Sequence record: NC_071039.1
Length of the DNA stretch: 64,000 nucleotides
Direction: 5' to 3' (one strand)
Below, piece by piece: positions 16,716 to 26,372 of this stretch. The notes below the pieces were generated by a model. That model did no database searches. It saw only the letters and a list, made by a program, of their open reading frames with translations, and was not told the DNA's origin. The position numbers and the translations under genes are program-made. Positions within the stretch are counted from its first letter, which is position 1. Every line of letters begins with the position of its first letter.

Positions 16716-17248
16716 GCATTGACTGGAGCAAGGCACCAGAGGGTGCGACGCACTACCAACCGGAATCACGCGGCTTCCATGCGGCATGGTTCCGACTTCA
16801 AGGGGGGAAGGCTCGCGAAATGTGGGTCGTGAGACCCAGCCGCGTGCTTGAGCACATCATCGATCCGACTGTCTTCGACGAGAGCATGCAGAACCTGATC
16901 GCCCGCCCCGTAGAACCTGCCACCTGGAACGGCCAGGGTCTACCGCCGGTTGGCCTGATGGTGGAGTGGAAGGCAGGCCTTGATCACGACTGGCAGCGCG
17001 TAACTGTGCTTGCCTACGCCAATGGCGACGCGTGGTTTCAGCCCGAGGATGGCCCGTCTTTCATCGTCGGCAACCCGGCAAACTTCAGGCGTATCCGCAC
17101 CCCCGAGCAGTTGGCCGCCGAGGAGCGGGAAAAGGCGATTAATCAGATGATTTCTGATGCTGGATACGTAGATCCGAAGATTGGCACATTTGTGGCTATG
17201 CGCAATCTCTACGACGCCGGCTACCGGCGCCGGGAGGAAGGGAAATGA
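16712..17248 (+). CDS. Pseudomonas-phage-type hypothetical protein, 178 aa
   Basis: MSIDWSKAPEGATHY N-terminus and WNGQGLPPVG motif. Confidence 0.85.
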   Translation: MSIDWSKAPEGATHYQPESRGFHAAWFRLQGGKAREMWVVRPSRVLEHIIDPTVFDESMQNLIARPVEPATWNGQGLPPVGLMVEWKAGLDHDWQRVTVLAYANGDAWFQPEDGPSFIVGNPANFRRIRTPEQLAAEEREKAINQMISDAGYVDPKIGTFVAMRNLYDAGYRRREEGK

Positions 17249-17511
17249 GCAGACTGACCGCTGAGCAAGCCCGTGACATAGCGCGAGCGAAAGACGATGT
17301 TGACGCCATCCTCAACGACATCGCCAAAGCAGCCGCAGAAGGAAAGTACGTGTACACTACCCGCGCCTATGGGTTCGGCACAGGCGGCGGACGGCGCAGC
17401 GACGCGATCCTCAAAGTGTTGCGTAGCCTCGGCTACGACTGTGCGGTGCATGCTGAGGGACGCCAGTCTGTTGACCTGTGGCTTGAAGTGAAATGGGGAG
17501 ACAAGCCATGA
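17245..17511 (+). CDS. Prophage-type hypothetical protein, 88 aa
   Basis: ATGA coupling; GC-rich. Confidence 0.8.
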   Translation: MSRLTAEQARDIARAKDDVDAILNDIAKAAAEGKYVYTTRAYGFGTGGGRRSDAILKVLRSLGYDCAVHAEGRQSVDLWLEVKWGDKP

Positions 17512-18107
17512 CCGACACCAACAAAATAAAAAAGCTAGCAAAACTGGCTACGCCGGGTCCGTGGGTTGTCGATGCGCAACAGATAGGCGCCATCTTCAAC
17601 ATCGAAACCGAATCCGGCGACCTATGTATTGCCATGTCGCAGGAGAATCCTGCGCCGACGAAGCTAGAGATGAATGAGCAGCGCAAGGTAAACGCTGAAT
17701 TTATCGCCGCTGCTAACCCCCGAGCCATCCTCGGGCTGATTGCCGAAATAGAGCGGCTGCGCGGTGAAATCGATGCTTACGAAGAAGGCATGCGATCTCT
17801 GGCGTGCAACCTCGGTTCGGGCGGCTACAACTCCGATACGCTGACCCCCGCTCAACTAGTGGATAAGGTCAAGTGGGGTGTAGATAACCTCGCTGAGACG
17901 CAGGGTCGCCTGATGGATGAGGTACGCGCCGAGAACACAGAACTGCGCAAGACGGCAGAACGTTATCGTAAACTTAGGAAAATCACTCCCCGCCAGTTCA
18001 AGAAGATCCAAGAGTCCGCAACGACTGACGGTGGTGACGTCTTCTACTTCCATGCGGATCGGTTTGACGCAGGGCTAGATGCAGCCCTAGAAGGAGCCAA
18101 GCAATGA
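17508..18107 (+). CDS. Ead/Ea22-like protein, 199 aa
   Basis: LAKLATPGPW...NAEFIAAANPRAILGLIAEIERLR signature. Confidence 0.85.
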   Translation: MTDTNKIKKLAKLATPGPWVVDAQQIGAIFNIETESGDLCIAMSQENPAPTKLEMNEQRKVNAEFIAAANPRAILGLIAEIERLRGEIDAYEEGMRSLACNLGSGGYNSDTLTPAQLVDKVKWGVDNLAETQGRLMDEVRAENTELRKTAERYRKLRKITPRQFKKIQESATTDGGDVFYFHADRFDAGLDAALEGAKQ

Positions 18108-18427
18108 CCGATACTAAAAAACTGAAGAAGCTAGCTGAACAGGCTCTCGATTGCAAATTTGATAGCTATGTGGCGTTAATAGCATCAGCAAAACCACAAG
18201 AAATTCTCAGTCTTATAGCTGAGCTGGAACAGTTAAAGGCAGAGAATGACAGATTGCGAGCAGCACTACAGGTTGTTGAATCGGAACTCACCGGTAATAT
18301 CCTCCCACTAACTAACGACCTCGTGAATACAGTAAGCGGCTTGAATAACGGCGCGCATTCATATGACATTTACGAAGAACCCGATTGGGAAATAATAAAT
18401 CAATATTATAAGAATGCAAAGAAATAA
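18104..18427 (+). CDS. Chimeric Ead/Ea22-like protein, 107 aa, with tail duplicated from 14309-14857
   Basis: MTDTKKLKKLAEQA...ASAKPQEILSLIAELEQLK; ends PDWEIINQYYKNAKK. Confidence 0.8.
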   Translation: MTDTKKLKKLAEQALDCKFDSYVALIASAKPQEILSLIAELEQLKAENDRLRAALQVVESELTGNILPLTNDLVNTVSGLNNGAHSYDIYEEPDWEIINQYYKNAKK

Positions 18428-18428
18428 T
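18386..18428 (+). repeat. Direct repeat copy 2
   Basis: tgggaaataataaatcaatattataagaatgcaaagaaataat. Confidence 0.9.
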
Positions 18429-18454
18429 TGAAGTAAAGTGAAAGAACTATCATT

Positions 18455-18712
18455 ATGATCCTACCAGAAGGAGCAGCATACATGAGCCTTAAATATAACG
18501 GATATGTCTTCAACATCGGTATCCTTGGCCAAAACGAAGCTATTAGTGAATACGCCTATCCCACCGATGATCCCGAAAGTGATAAAAAGAAAGCTTTTTT
18601 GGCTGCAATGACAAAATTCGTCGAATCGGATGATTTCGAGAAATTTACTAATCAAATGTATAACAATTTCTCGATTAATGTTCAAGCACTAGTTTCTACG
18701 TCTACAGAGTAA
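18455..18712 (+). CDS. Hypothetical protein, 85 aa
   Basis: ORF. Confidence 0.75.
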   Translation: MILPEGAAYMSLKYNGYVFNIGILGQNEAISEYAYPTDDPESDKKKAFLAAMTKFVESDDFEKFTNQMYNNFSINVQALVSTSTE

Positions 18713-18717
18713 ATTAT

Positions 18718-18771
18718 CAGTATTGATGCTGATATAGACTATTACAGTTTCTTGTATCAGCATCAATACTG
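18718..18771. other. Perfect 17-bp inverted repeat with 20-nt loop
   Basis: cagtattgatgctgata ... tatcagcatcaatactg. Confidence 0.75.
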
Positions 18772-18924
18772 CAAAAAATAAAGAATAATTAATTCCAGTT
18801 CTTTATTCCTGTATTAAGTGACAATAAAGAAGGCATGACTACTTTGTCTTTGATGCTAAGTAGTAATTATCCTTACGATAACTACACACATATCAACTAG
18901 CTATTATGATAGAGGCAAAAATAA

Positions 18925-19101
18925 ATGAACATTTTAAAACATATATATTGGGCTGTGCGTTATGGTGATTGGAATATAGGATGGGATCCGACTTGGGGTA
19001 GCAAACCTGATGAACCTTTTATTTGGTGTAAGCCGATATATTATGACGGACATCATTGCTACCTGCGAGTAGGCTACTTTTGGATAGGAGTAACATACTA
19101 A
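18925..19101 (+). CDS. Trp/Tyr-rich small protein, 58 aa (not in ORF track)
   Basis: AGAGG RBS; MNILKHIYWAVRYGDWNIGWDPTWGS...YYDGHHCYLRVGYFWIGVTY. Confidence 0.7.
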   Translation: MNILKHIYWAVRYGDWNIGWDPTWGSKPDEPFIWCKPIYYDGHHCYLRVGYFWIGVTY

Positions 19102-19342
19102 CATTTACAATATATCTATAAAAGAATATATTAGTAACACAGTTGTTAAATTGCAAACACTAATTAATCTTATTTGCATTTGCTATCTTGTATAATAGAA
19201 ACGACTTCTAAACATGGATATGAGATGGAAAACTTAGATAGGATCTCTGTTACAAATTTTTGAGTTACAATACATAGTAGTTTTGCTATTATGTGTTTAT
19301 AGAAGTTTAATAACAGAACTAAAACATAAAGGATTGTCTGTC

Positions 19343-19684
19343 ATGAAAAGTTACGCAAAGTTTTATGTAGGGAAAAACATATATGATGCTGAAGTGCCGG
19401 ATTTGGACATAAACATGTCAGATGCAGAACTTTTCGAAGTAGCACTGCATCAAATGGCAGTACAGTGGTCTAGCACTGCCGGGCATCCGCATCACAAGGA
19501 TGCAATGCGTAAAGACGGCAAGGTAGCCCGGAGTAAAGAACGGGTGTATATTCGCGGCGCTGGCTGGTCCGTTTCGTTACATAGTCCTGAATTTGTAGAA
19601 AAACATTCGGCATACCTTGCCGCAGCGGAGTGGAAACTACTAACAGATTTGCTTGTGTTTGACACTTGCTGGAACGCTAATTAG
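19343..19684 (+). CDS. Hypothetical protein, 113 aa
   Basis: AAAGGA RBS before ATG 19343. Confidence 0.8.
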   Translation: MKSYAKFYVGKNIYDAEVPDLDINMSDAELFEVALHQMAVQWSSTAGHPHHKDAMRKDGKVARSKERVYIRGAGWSVSLHSPEFVEKHSAYLAAAEWKLLTDLLVFDTCWNAN

Positions 19685-19713
19685 TAATTCTCTCTCTACA
19701 CAGGAGAACGGCA

Positions 19714-20046
19714 ATGAATACTATCAGTGTAAGAAATATGCGTTATATTGTACGCGGTTTGGTTACTCATGCAATTGCCCGGGGTTATTCAGTTTCCGTT
19801 TATGAAGGGGGCGACTGGGCGATCGAGAAGAGTACTTCTGTAAAAGATATTATGAATTCTATCATGTCTACTGACAGTGATACATTCTGTATTTATAATG
19901 CAGAGAAGGTGAAGGTGGGTCATGTGTATTGCATTTATTGCAATAGTGATTACGAAGTTATTGCAGATTACACCGATTCACCTCTTATGCAATCGATTCT
20001 CGTCGAAGCTCTACGAAGAGCAAATCGAATAGAAGAACTGAGCTGA
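19714..20046 (+). CDS. Conserved-looking phage hypothetical protein, 110 aa
   Basis: AGGAG RBS; terminator follows. Confidence 0.85.
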   Translation: MNTISVRNMRYIVRGLVTHAIARGYSVSVYEGGDWAIEKSTSVKDIMNSIMSTDSDTFCIYNAEKVKVGHVYCIYCNSDYEVIADYTDSPLMQSILVEALRRANRIEELS

Positions 20047-20048
20047 GA

Positions 20049-20079
20049 AAAAGAAGCAGGAATAATTCCTGCTTCTTTT
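20049..20079 (+). terminator. Intrinsic terminator
   Basis: aaaagaagcaggaa-ta-ttcctgcttctttt. Confidence 0.8.
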
Positions 20080-20202
20080 GTATGTTACAAGTTAAACAAG
20101 ATTAATTTGCATTTGCTATGTAATAATATTTTCTATTGAATTAAATTTTATGTGTGTTACTATATGCACAATGCTGTTAAACAAAGCGATAAATTAATAG
20201 CT

Positions 20203-20388
20203 ATGGCAAATAAATTACATATCATCTGTGCAAAATGTGGTAGCACTCTTATAAACATAAAAATACCAAAAGTATGTGCAGATGATCCATTAAATGTAGT
20301 ATATTTTTCGTGCGAAAACTGTAAGGAACTTACAGGCATATACGAATGGGCAGAAACAAATAATTGCAAAGTAGTTGACGATAGGTAA
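20203..20388 (+). CDS. Zinc-ribbon-like small protein, 61 aa
   Basis: CAKCGS...CENC. Confidence 0.7.
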   Translation: MANKLHIICAKCGSTLINIKIPKVCADDPLNVVYFSCENCKELTGIYEWAETNNCKVVDDR

Positions 20389-20395
20389 GAAGTAA

Positions 20396-20701
20396 ATGGA
20401 AGCATATACAGATTGCCCTATCCTAATGATCGGTGATGCTCCGTACGAAGAAGCACCTATAAGAAAAATAATTATAAAAGGTTATGATTTTAAATATATC
20501 TGGGCAGTATACTATTATATGGATTTAATTCCTATAAGGGTTCAGATAAAACGCTGTTATGTGTACGAAACTCCAGGTAGAGTAGGTTATGTAAAATCTA
20601 TTAGAGAAGAAGTATTAAGAAAACGCAAAAAGAAACAACGTGACATATGTGAATACGATACATATCAAGATGAAGACGATTTTTGGAAAGGAATGTATTA
20701 A
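20396..20701 (+). CDS. Hypothetical protein, 101 aa
   Basis: ORF in operon. Confidence 0.75.
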   Translation: MEAYTDCPILMIGDAPYEEAPIRKIIIKGYDFKYIWAVYYYMDLIPIRVQIKRCYVYETPGRVGYVKSIREEVLRKRKKKQRDICEYDTYQDEDDFWKGMY

Positions 20702-20702
20702 A

Positions 20703-20996
20703 ATGCATAATACTCGTATTGTTGTTCGACTCAATGTTATCACTCCTATTTCAACTGCTAATGGCGTTGTAGTTGATTCAGTAGTCCGCGGGCATCGAGC
20801 AGGAATTAAGCAAGGCAAACAAATGTATCATGTTTATTCTATTCAAACAGGCGAGTATCTCGGTTTGAAATCAGAAGACGACGTAAGCGAAGTTAAACCG
20901 TCTTCGTATGAAGAATTTCTTACTCCGAGAACACTTACTTCAACCGAAGTTGAACAAATTAAGTCTTCTTTCGAATGGTACGAAGCTAACACTTGA
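20703..20996 (+). CDS. Hypothetical protein, 97 aa
   Basis: AAAGGA RBS; terminator follows. Confidence 0.8.
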   Translation: MHNTRIVVRLNVITPISTANGVVVDSVVRGHRAGIKQGKQMYHVYSIQTGEYLGLKSEDDVSEVKPSSYEEFLTPRTLTSTEVEQIKSSFEWYEANT

Positions 20997-21000
20997 TATA

Positions 21001-21028
21001 AAGGGGGAATTAATCCCCCTTTATTTTT
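21001..21028 (+). terminator. Intrinsic terminator (family)
   Basis: aaggggga-attaa-tccccctt-tattttt. Confidence 0.75.
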
Positions 21029-21231
21029 CTTTTATAAACATAAATAATTCGCATTTGCACCGAAGATGCTGTATAATGCATAAATTTACATAGCTAATAC
21101 ATACATATTGCTAACGTTAAAAAGCGCGTTATATAGCTTATAATTGCATATTGTGCAATGCATTTGTTGGTGTTATATTAAACATGCACAACAATCAACT
21201 ATACAAAAACATTTATTATGGAGATACAACA

Positions 21232-21522
21232 ATGAAAAATACACTGTGTCTCGTTGCATTTTTGGGTCTCACAGTAATAGCTCATACTTATGCAGCAGAT
21301 TCTGCAAATAAAGACGTGAGCACCCTGACTATGGAACAGGATCTAGAAACATATCTAAACGAAGAGTTTGGATTAACAGGGAAAGTTAATTGCAATAATG
21401 CTGTTAATGGAATGTTCGAATGTGTCATGCACGACGGACAAAAGAAATACATGTTTGCATGTAATGCAGAAGACAGTGTATGCATAGTAGTATCTGTCCC
21501 AATTAAAGGAATTCGGTTATGA
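21232..21522 (+). CDS. Putative secreted/periplasmic protein, 96 aa
   Basis: GGAG RBS; signal-peptide-like MKNTLCLVAFLGLTVIAHTYA; four Cys in mature part. Confidence 0.75.
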   Translation: MKNTLCLVAFLGLTVIAHTYAADSANKDVSTLTMEQDLETYLNEEFGLTGKVNCNNAVNGMFECVMHDGQKKYMFACNAEDSVCIVVSVPIKGIRL

Positions 21523-21707
21523 AAAAAGCTCTTTCAAGTGTAATAGGTATTATTGTTCTGTTACTAGGCGTGTTTATGGTAGATAATCCTGCAATAGGAT
21601 TAATGCTAGGAGGGTTAGTAGGCAGTTATATTTTCAGCATAGGCGGAGTAATTCTATGTGTTATATCGTTTATGATATTTGCACTTGCCTTTGTTGAGAT
21701 GAAATGA
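21519..21707 (+). CDS. Small two-TM membrane protein, 62 aa
   Basis: Hydrophobic; ATGA overlap. Confidence 0.75.
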   Translation: MKKALSSVIGIIVLLLGVFMVDNPAIGLMLGGLVGSYIFSIGGVILCVISFMIFALAFVEMK

Positions 21708-21977
21708 ATGTTTTAAGTATTTGTATCTATAATAGTATCGATATATTTTAATATATTAACTATAAAAATGCATAAACAGATACTGTATAAAGAATAAGGA
21801 AAGATTAGATCTTGTCTGTAATAGTTATATATTTTTCAATGTAATATTCTTCATTTTCATTGCGTGTGTTACAAATTAGATCACAAAAAGTTTTAAAATT
21901 CAGTTTACAGCATGCATAGTTTTACGTATTATAAACACACAAAGCAATACAGCATAACGCATTGTAGGCAACACTAA

Positions 21978-22275
21978 ACGGGAGACACCGTCCCGCAAGC
22001 AGCCCGCGCGCGGCGCAGGCGGCGAGCATACAGGTGTACAAGGTCTAGTAACGTGGAAGGCGCAGCATACCTTTCCCTAAATCGGAAATTGGTCAATGAC
22101 GTACCTGCCCCTAGACACTGCTAGACCTTGCTGCTACAAGCGGGACAGCTACAAAGGTACACTGTATGTATCTATGCTTTACCCCGCTTTGTAGCAGGTC
22201 TTAAAACGGTCTACTGGCATATGCTTTAGTGCTAGTAGGAATCATTAACTTACAACTATTATATGCTTCCTGGAG
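21978..22275. other. GC-rich non-coding element with nested and alternative inverted repeats
   Basis: 22039-48/22121-30, 22027-39/22157-68, 22148-56/22187-95, 21990-96/22140-46; no credible ORF on either strand. Confidence 0.6.
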
Positions 22276-22534
22276 GTGAAGAGTATGCCGCCGCAGCATT
22301 GATTAGATTATATAATATTTATATAATAAATGCCGAAACACCTCTTCGATTCGTTTAAAAGACAGTTGTCTGAATTGAATGTTTTTCGGGCAAAAGGTCC
22401 CTTAGATGGGATTTTTTTGCGGCTGCTAACTAGCAAACGCGAATTAATCTTATTTGCAATTTAAGAAAAATACCAGTTGACTGTAGCTTGCTAACATAGT
22501 ACATTTAACTCATAAATCCGCAGGAGTAGCAGTT

Positions 22535-22702
22535 ATGTCACTGAAAAAGAAACTTTTAAATTCTGTGCAGATTAAATATTTCGGCAACATTTATACTTAC
22601 ATTTATGATGCCGTTCATGACGTTATTTATTTCGATAACCAGCAAATGTCTTATGCTGAATTTGAAGAGGCAGTAGACTGTAAGCTAGGAGAAGTTCTGT
22701 GA
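22535..22702 (+). CDS. Hypothetical protein, 55 aa (not in ORF track)
   Basis: AGGAG RBS; MSLKKKLLNSVQIKYFG...; GTGA overlap with next. Confidence 0.7.
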   Translation: MSLKKKLLNSVQIKYFGNIYTYIYDAVHDVIYFDNQQMSYAEFEEAVDCKLGEVL

Positions 22703-22974
22703 ATGAATATGTTGATACACACAGAGCTAAAAGAATACTAATAATTTCTTCTATATGTTTTTTTGTAACTGGCATTCTGATAGGATACAGCCTAGCGTCA
22801 AATTCTGAGTCTGCTTCGTTATATATGCAGTATAAGGAACTTGTAAAGTCTTGCGAAGCAGAATTGCCAAGAAATGAAAATTGCCAAGTAATCGTATATG
22901 CTATACCAACACCCGAAGTAGAAGAAGAGAAACTAGAAATACAAACAATTCTTAAAGGGGTCGAAATAAAATGA
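22699..22974 (+). CDS. Single-TM protein, 91 aa
   Basis: AGGAG RBS; hydrophobic N-terminal segment. Confidence 0.75.
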   Translation: MNEYVDTHRAKRILIISSICFFVTGILIGYSLASNSESASLYMQYKELVKSCEAELPRNENCQVIVYAIPTPEVEEEKLEIQTILKGVEIK

Positions 22975-23207
22975 GCGTATACTGTAATTGCATAGCATGC
23001 GGTGGAGATGATCCGTATGCTGTATGTGAAAATGTGTTAATGGATATCCAAAAGCACAAATATAATACTGGTCCCAGCTGGGGGCTGGTAGTTGCGGCAG
23101 TATTGTGTTTGGTAGGAATGGGATTAGCAGGTAACGCAGCACTATCTGATAAAAAAGAAACACCGTGCGAAACTACACAACAAAAACAAGAGGTGTATAA
23201 TGAGTAA
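22971..23207 (+). CDS. Membrane protein with Cys-rich N-terminus, 78 aa
   Basis: ATGA overlap; CNCIAC and a TM segment. Confidence 0.7.
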   Translation: MSVYCNCIACGGDDPYAVCENVLMDIQKHKYNTGPSWGLVVAAVLCLVGMGLAGNAALSDKKETPCETTQQKQEVYNE

Positions 23208-23406
23208 CAAAACAACAGACATGCTGGTAGATGAATTTCTGTGCGAGCGTGCATCTTTTTCTCCGTTTAGCGAAGGTGTTCATGCAGCTAAACTAGGGCA
23301 GAAATATACAGACTGCCCGTATACCAAAAATGAGCCGTATGAACGTAACGAATGGATTCGAGGACATCAAATGTGGCATGATTATTCTGTTCAACAATAC
23401 AAATAA
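23200..23406 (+). CDS. Hypothetical protein, 68 aa (Rmf-like CPY motif)
   Basis: GAGG RBS; EGVHAAKLG...CPY...RNEWIRGH resembles the Rmf-type G..A...G....CPY......W..G pattern, unverified. Confidence 0.7.
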   Translation: MSNKTTDMLVDEFLCERASFSPFSEGVHAAKLGQKYTDCPYTKNEPYERNEWIRGHQMWHDYSVQQYK

Positions 23407-23421
23407 TATTCAGGGGATATT

Positions 23422-23625
23422 ATGAAAAAACTATCTATGTGCGATTTTGCCAAATGGAAGGCAAACTATTACAGCACTAATAAATCCGGTCAGCCACTCC
23501 GTCTAGGACAAGCATTTATTAACGAATTTTCCGAACAGGGTGATATGCCTCAGCCAAATCTATATTATGAAGAAGATAATGCAACTGCTGAGCTTATCAT
23601 TCTAGAAAAATACATTATATACTAA
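23422..23625 (+). CDS. Hypothetical phage protein, 67 aa
   Basis: AGGGGA RBS; LRLGQAFIN...LYYEED pattern common in phage small proteins. Confidence 0.75.
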   Translation: MKKLSMCDFAKWKANYYSTNKSGQPLRLGQAFINEFSEQGDMPQPNLYYEEDNATAELIILEKYIIY

Positions 23626-23635
23626 GGAAGTAGTA

Positions 23636-23830
23636 ATGTATCTTGCACACCTATTCGCTTTGGTCCCGTCTATGTTTGCAGTATTAATTAATGCTATCTT
23701 TATTAAATACGGTTTGGGACCTGCTGCTATAATAGTATTTATGGCATTAGTTGTAACTGTAACAGGAATTGGGTCTGTAATAGATATGATGCGTGCATTG
23801 TCTGAAGTAGACAATATTATTGATAGATAG
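23636..23830 (+). CDS. Small two-TM membrane protein, 64 aa
   Basis: AAGGA RBS; hydrophobic. Confidence 0.75.
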   Translation: MYLAHLFALVPSMFAVLINAIFIKYGLGPAAIIVFMALVVTVTGIGSVIDMMRALSEVDNIIDR

Positions 23831-23855
23831 TATTTATGTATGCATAAGAGAACTT

Positions 23856-24155
23856 ATGAAACTCAACGAAGTTACTACAATTTCTGATCTAGACAATATT
23901 CCTGTCACTGACAAATTTATAGTTGTCGGCGAAGATATGGTAGGTCTTGCTTTTATCGATAACGATGGTAAGTTAAATGATGGATTCTTTTTTGAGTGTA
24001 CTTATACTCAGAATAAGGAACAAATATTTAAAGCTGTTCAACAATTGAAAAAACAAGTAGATGAATTAAATAATTGTAATAAAGAGAAAGTTATAGCACA
24101 TATCATGCGAGCTCCTGAGTTTGCATATGTTTGGGTATACTTTGAACAAAAATAA
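23856..24155 (+). CDS. Hypothetical protein, 99 aa
   Basis: ORF. Confidence 0.75.
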   Translation: MKLNEVTTISDLDNIPVTDKFIVVGEDMVGLAFIDNDGKLNDGFFFECTYTQNKEQIFKAVQQLKKQVDELNNCNKEKVIAHIMRAPEFAYVWVYFEQK

Positions 24156-24512
24156 TAGTTCTATATTTTTTGATATATGCAATCGCAAATAATTAGAATT
24201 TGCAGAATCTGTTACAAACTTTCTGTTTATATCAAATACAATCATGCTATACTAGTTTATAATAAAAATGTAGGCATACTATCACGTTGTGTTTGACAGA
24301 TTAGTAAAGGGTTTGAGTTCAACGACGGACAAAATAAGAAGTAATTCTTAACAGCTAGCACAAAAAGAACAAAGATGAAGTTCATTCTTTGTCTAAAGAA
24401 TAAGTTTGCTGAGAAATATGATAAGAAACTTCAACTGCTAGATTATATCAATAGTGCATTTATTATGCATTGAACAGAAAAGAAGTACCCTTTTATCTAC
24501 GAGGAAAAGCAA

Positions 24513-24728
24513 ATGAAATACAAAATCATTCTTCAAAACCGTAGCAATGGTGTTGTCGCTGAATTTTCGGTAGATAACGAAATTAACCCCGAGATCATGG
24601 ATACTTCTATTATTGTTCATGAAGGGACATCGTATATGTACACTGGCATGGGCGGTTCTTACTACGATACCATTTATTTTAGTGAAATATATAAGACCAC
24701 TAACACGACAGACTTGTCGTTGCTATAA
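24513..24728 (+). CDS. Hypothetical protein, 71 aa
   Basis: GAGGA RBS. Confidence 0.8.
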   Translation: MKYKIILQNRSNGVVAEFSVDNEINPEIMDTSIIVHEGTSYMYTGMGGSYYDTIYFSEIYKTTNTTDLSLL

Positions 24729-24801
24729 CAGAAAACGCTTTACAATAGCTCTAAATGTGCTATTATGTAGTTGTACATAAAACAACGCAGGAGATTATAT
24801 C

Positions 24802-24999
24802 ATGCGTAGCACACTCGGAGTAGAACATGCATCGAGAGAAATTCTTTCTGCATGGGTCGATGTAATGCAGCAACTCAACTGTGAGCATTTCTATAGCGAA
24901 CTGAAAGACAATGCAGTTCGCTTAGATTTACAGGAATATATGTATACTGAACGTCTCGTTCAGTATTATACAGATCTTCCAGTCACTAATGCTGGTTGA
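24802..24999 (+). CDS. Hypothetical protein, 65 aa
   Basis: AGGAG RBS, promoter-like upstream, terminator downstream. Confidence 0.8.
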   Translation: MRSTLGVEHASREILSAWVDVMQQLNCEHFYSELKDNAVRLDLQEYMYTERLVQYYTDLPVTNAG

Positions 25000-25026
25000 T
25001 GCCTTCGCCGGGCGTGAACTACATTC

Positions 25027-25059
25027 AAAAGGAAAGGGGCTTAAAACCCCTTTCCTTTT
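25027..25059 (+). terminator. Intrinsic terminator (family)
   Basis: aaaaggaaaggggc-ttaaaa-cccctttcctttt. Confidence 0.85.
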
Positions 25060-25178
25060 GAATGTTAAGTGTAAGTGCAAATTAATCTTATTTACTTGTT
25101 ACAATTTAGTTCTTGAATTCACACATAATAGTATGTATAGTTTTAATATATAAGATACCAACATGCGAGGTTGTAAAA

Positions 25179-25631
25179 ATGAAACTTCATAATATGAATG
25201 GTAATATTTTTATTCGGTTTGAAGTAGATACTTCGTCGGATAATTTTGTAGAAAAAGTTTACGAAGAAATTATGCAGCTTCCTGCAAAATTGTATTTCGA
25301 AAAGATAGAACGTAGAACTTGGTTCTGTAGCTTTTACACAGGCTACGACGAATTGGTAGAATTCGTTAATGAAATAAAAGACAGAGTTAGTTCAGAAGGT
25401 GTTTTCTTTGACAGGCCATTGCAGCTAACTCTTATCAATTCGGGCGGGGTAGAAGTAAATATTTCCGATATAGAACCAGATCTTCACTATCTTTTTGATA
25501 ACGATATTACAACTACAAAACTTATCTCTATGGAAGGATCGTGCAATATGGTAGATTTGCTCATGTGCGAATGGGTACCTATTAACATTCGTACTTCTAT
25601 TGCTAAGGCATTTACTGACAAATTTTTGTAA
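25179..25631 (+). CDS. Hypothetical protein, 150 aa
   Basis: GAGG RBS before ATG 25179. Confidence 0.75.
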   Translation: MKLHNMNGNIFIRFEVDTSSDNFVEKVYEEIMQLPAKLYFEKIERRTWFCSFYTGYDELVEFVNEIKDRVSSEGVFFDRPLQLTLINSGGVEVNISDIEPDLHYLFDNDITTTKLISMEGSCNMVDLLMCEWVPINIRTSIAKAFTDKFL

Positions 25632-25723
25632 TAAAATACCTGTTGACGCATATAGCAATATGCGCAATAATATGCACGAAAGCAAGAACAGATCCAAATA
25701 ACCTTTTTATAAGAGATTATATT

Positions 25724-26371
25724 ATGTCTAAGTATCTTTCTTTTAGCGTAAACGTAGACATGGACAACACTGGTCTGCTGAAATGGTTGCGTCCTACCAC
25801 CGGTCGGTTGGATGGATTCGAAGAGAGTGTTAAAAACTTCGTTTCTTCTTTCCGCTCAGTCGAGTCGAGCCCTACGGTGTTTCAAGTTTACGATGACGAT
25901 GATCAGCCGTTGCAAGTAAGCAACATGAGCTGCTTCTTCCGATACTTTCCGGTGTATGGTATGTGCCTTGCACCGGGTTCAATGGTCAGGGAACAATATC
26001 GTCGGGAGATCCTCGACTACACTACTGACGAGTTCTGTTCATTCAGTAACTACTTCAGTGACGGCAAGGCCATCCGCGGCGGGGCAGTCTTGTGGTGGGA
26101 TGTAGAGAAAGACTTGGTATGGTCTGTTAGTCCCGAATTGATTCGCCTTGTATATGCCCGCTTGCAAAGTGATATGGACATCGGGTGGTATCATCTCGGG
26201 CAAGAAGTTATGGCTGTAGTTCCCCTTCGTTCTTATCCCAACGATGTTGCCCGATGGAAATATGTACAAGGTAATATCTGCGGCATCGACGATCAAGTGA
26301 GCATTCGCAGCAATGTCGACGGTCGAGTCACCCGGCTTAATTGGGAATACATCGTGACCCAAGGGGGATAA
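25724..26371 (+). CDS. Hypothetical protein, 215 aa
   Basis: Long ORF; moderately GC-rich. Confidence 0.8.
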   Translation: MSKYLSFSVNVDMDNTGLLKWLRPTTGRLDGFEESVKNFVSSFRSVESSPTVFQVYDDDDQPLQVSNMSCFFRYFPVYGMCLAPGSMVREQYRREILDYTTDEFCSFSNYFSDGKAIRGGAVLWWDVEKDLVWSVSPELIRLVYARLQSDMDIGWYHLGQEVMAVVPLRSYPNDVARWKYVQGNICGIDDQVSIRSNVDGRVTRLNWEYIVTQGG

Positions 26372-26372
26372 T

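Noticed and set aside
23332-23360. Group II intron domain 5-like GAGCCGTATG
   Set aside because: Lies inside a normal CDS and lacks the complementary 3' arm.
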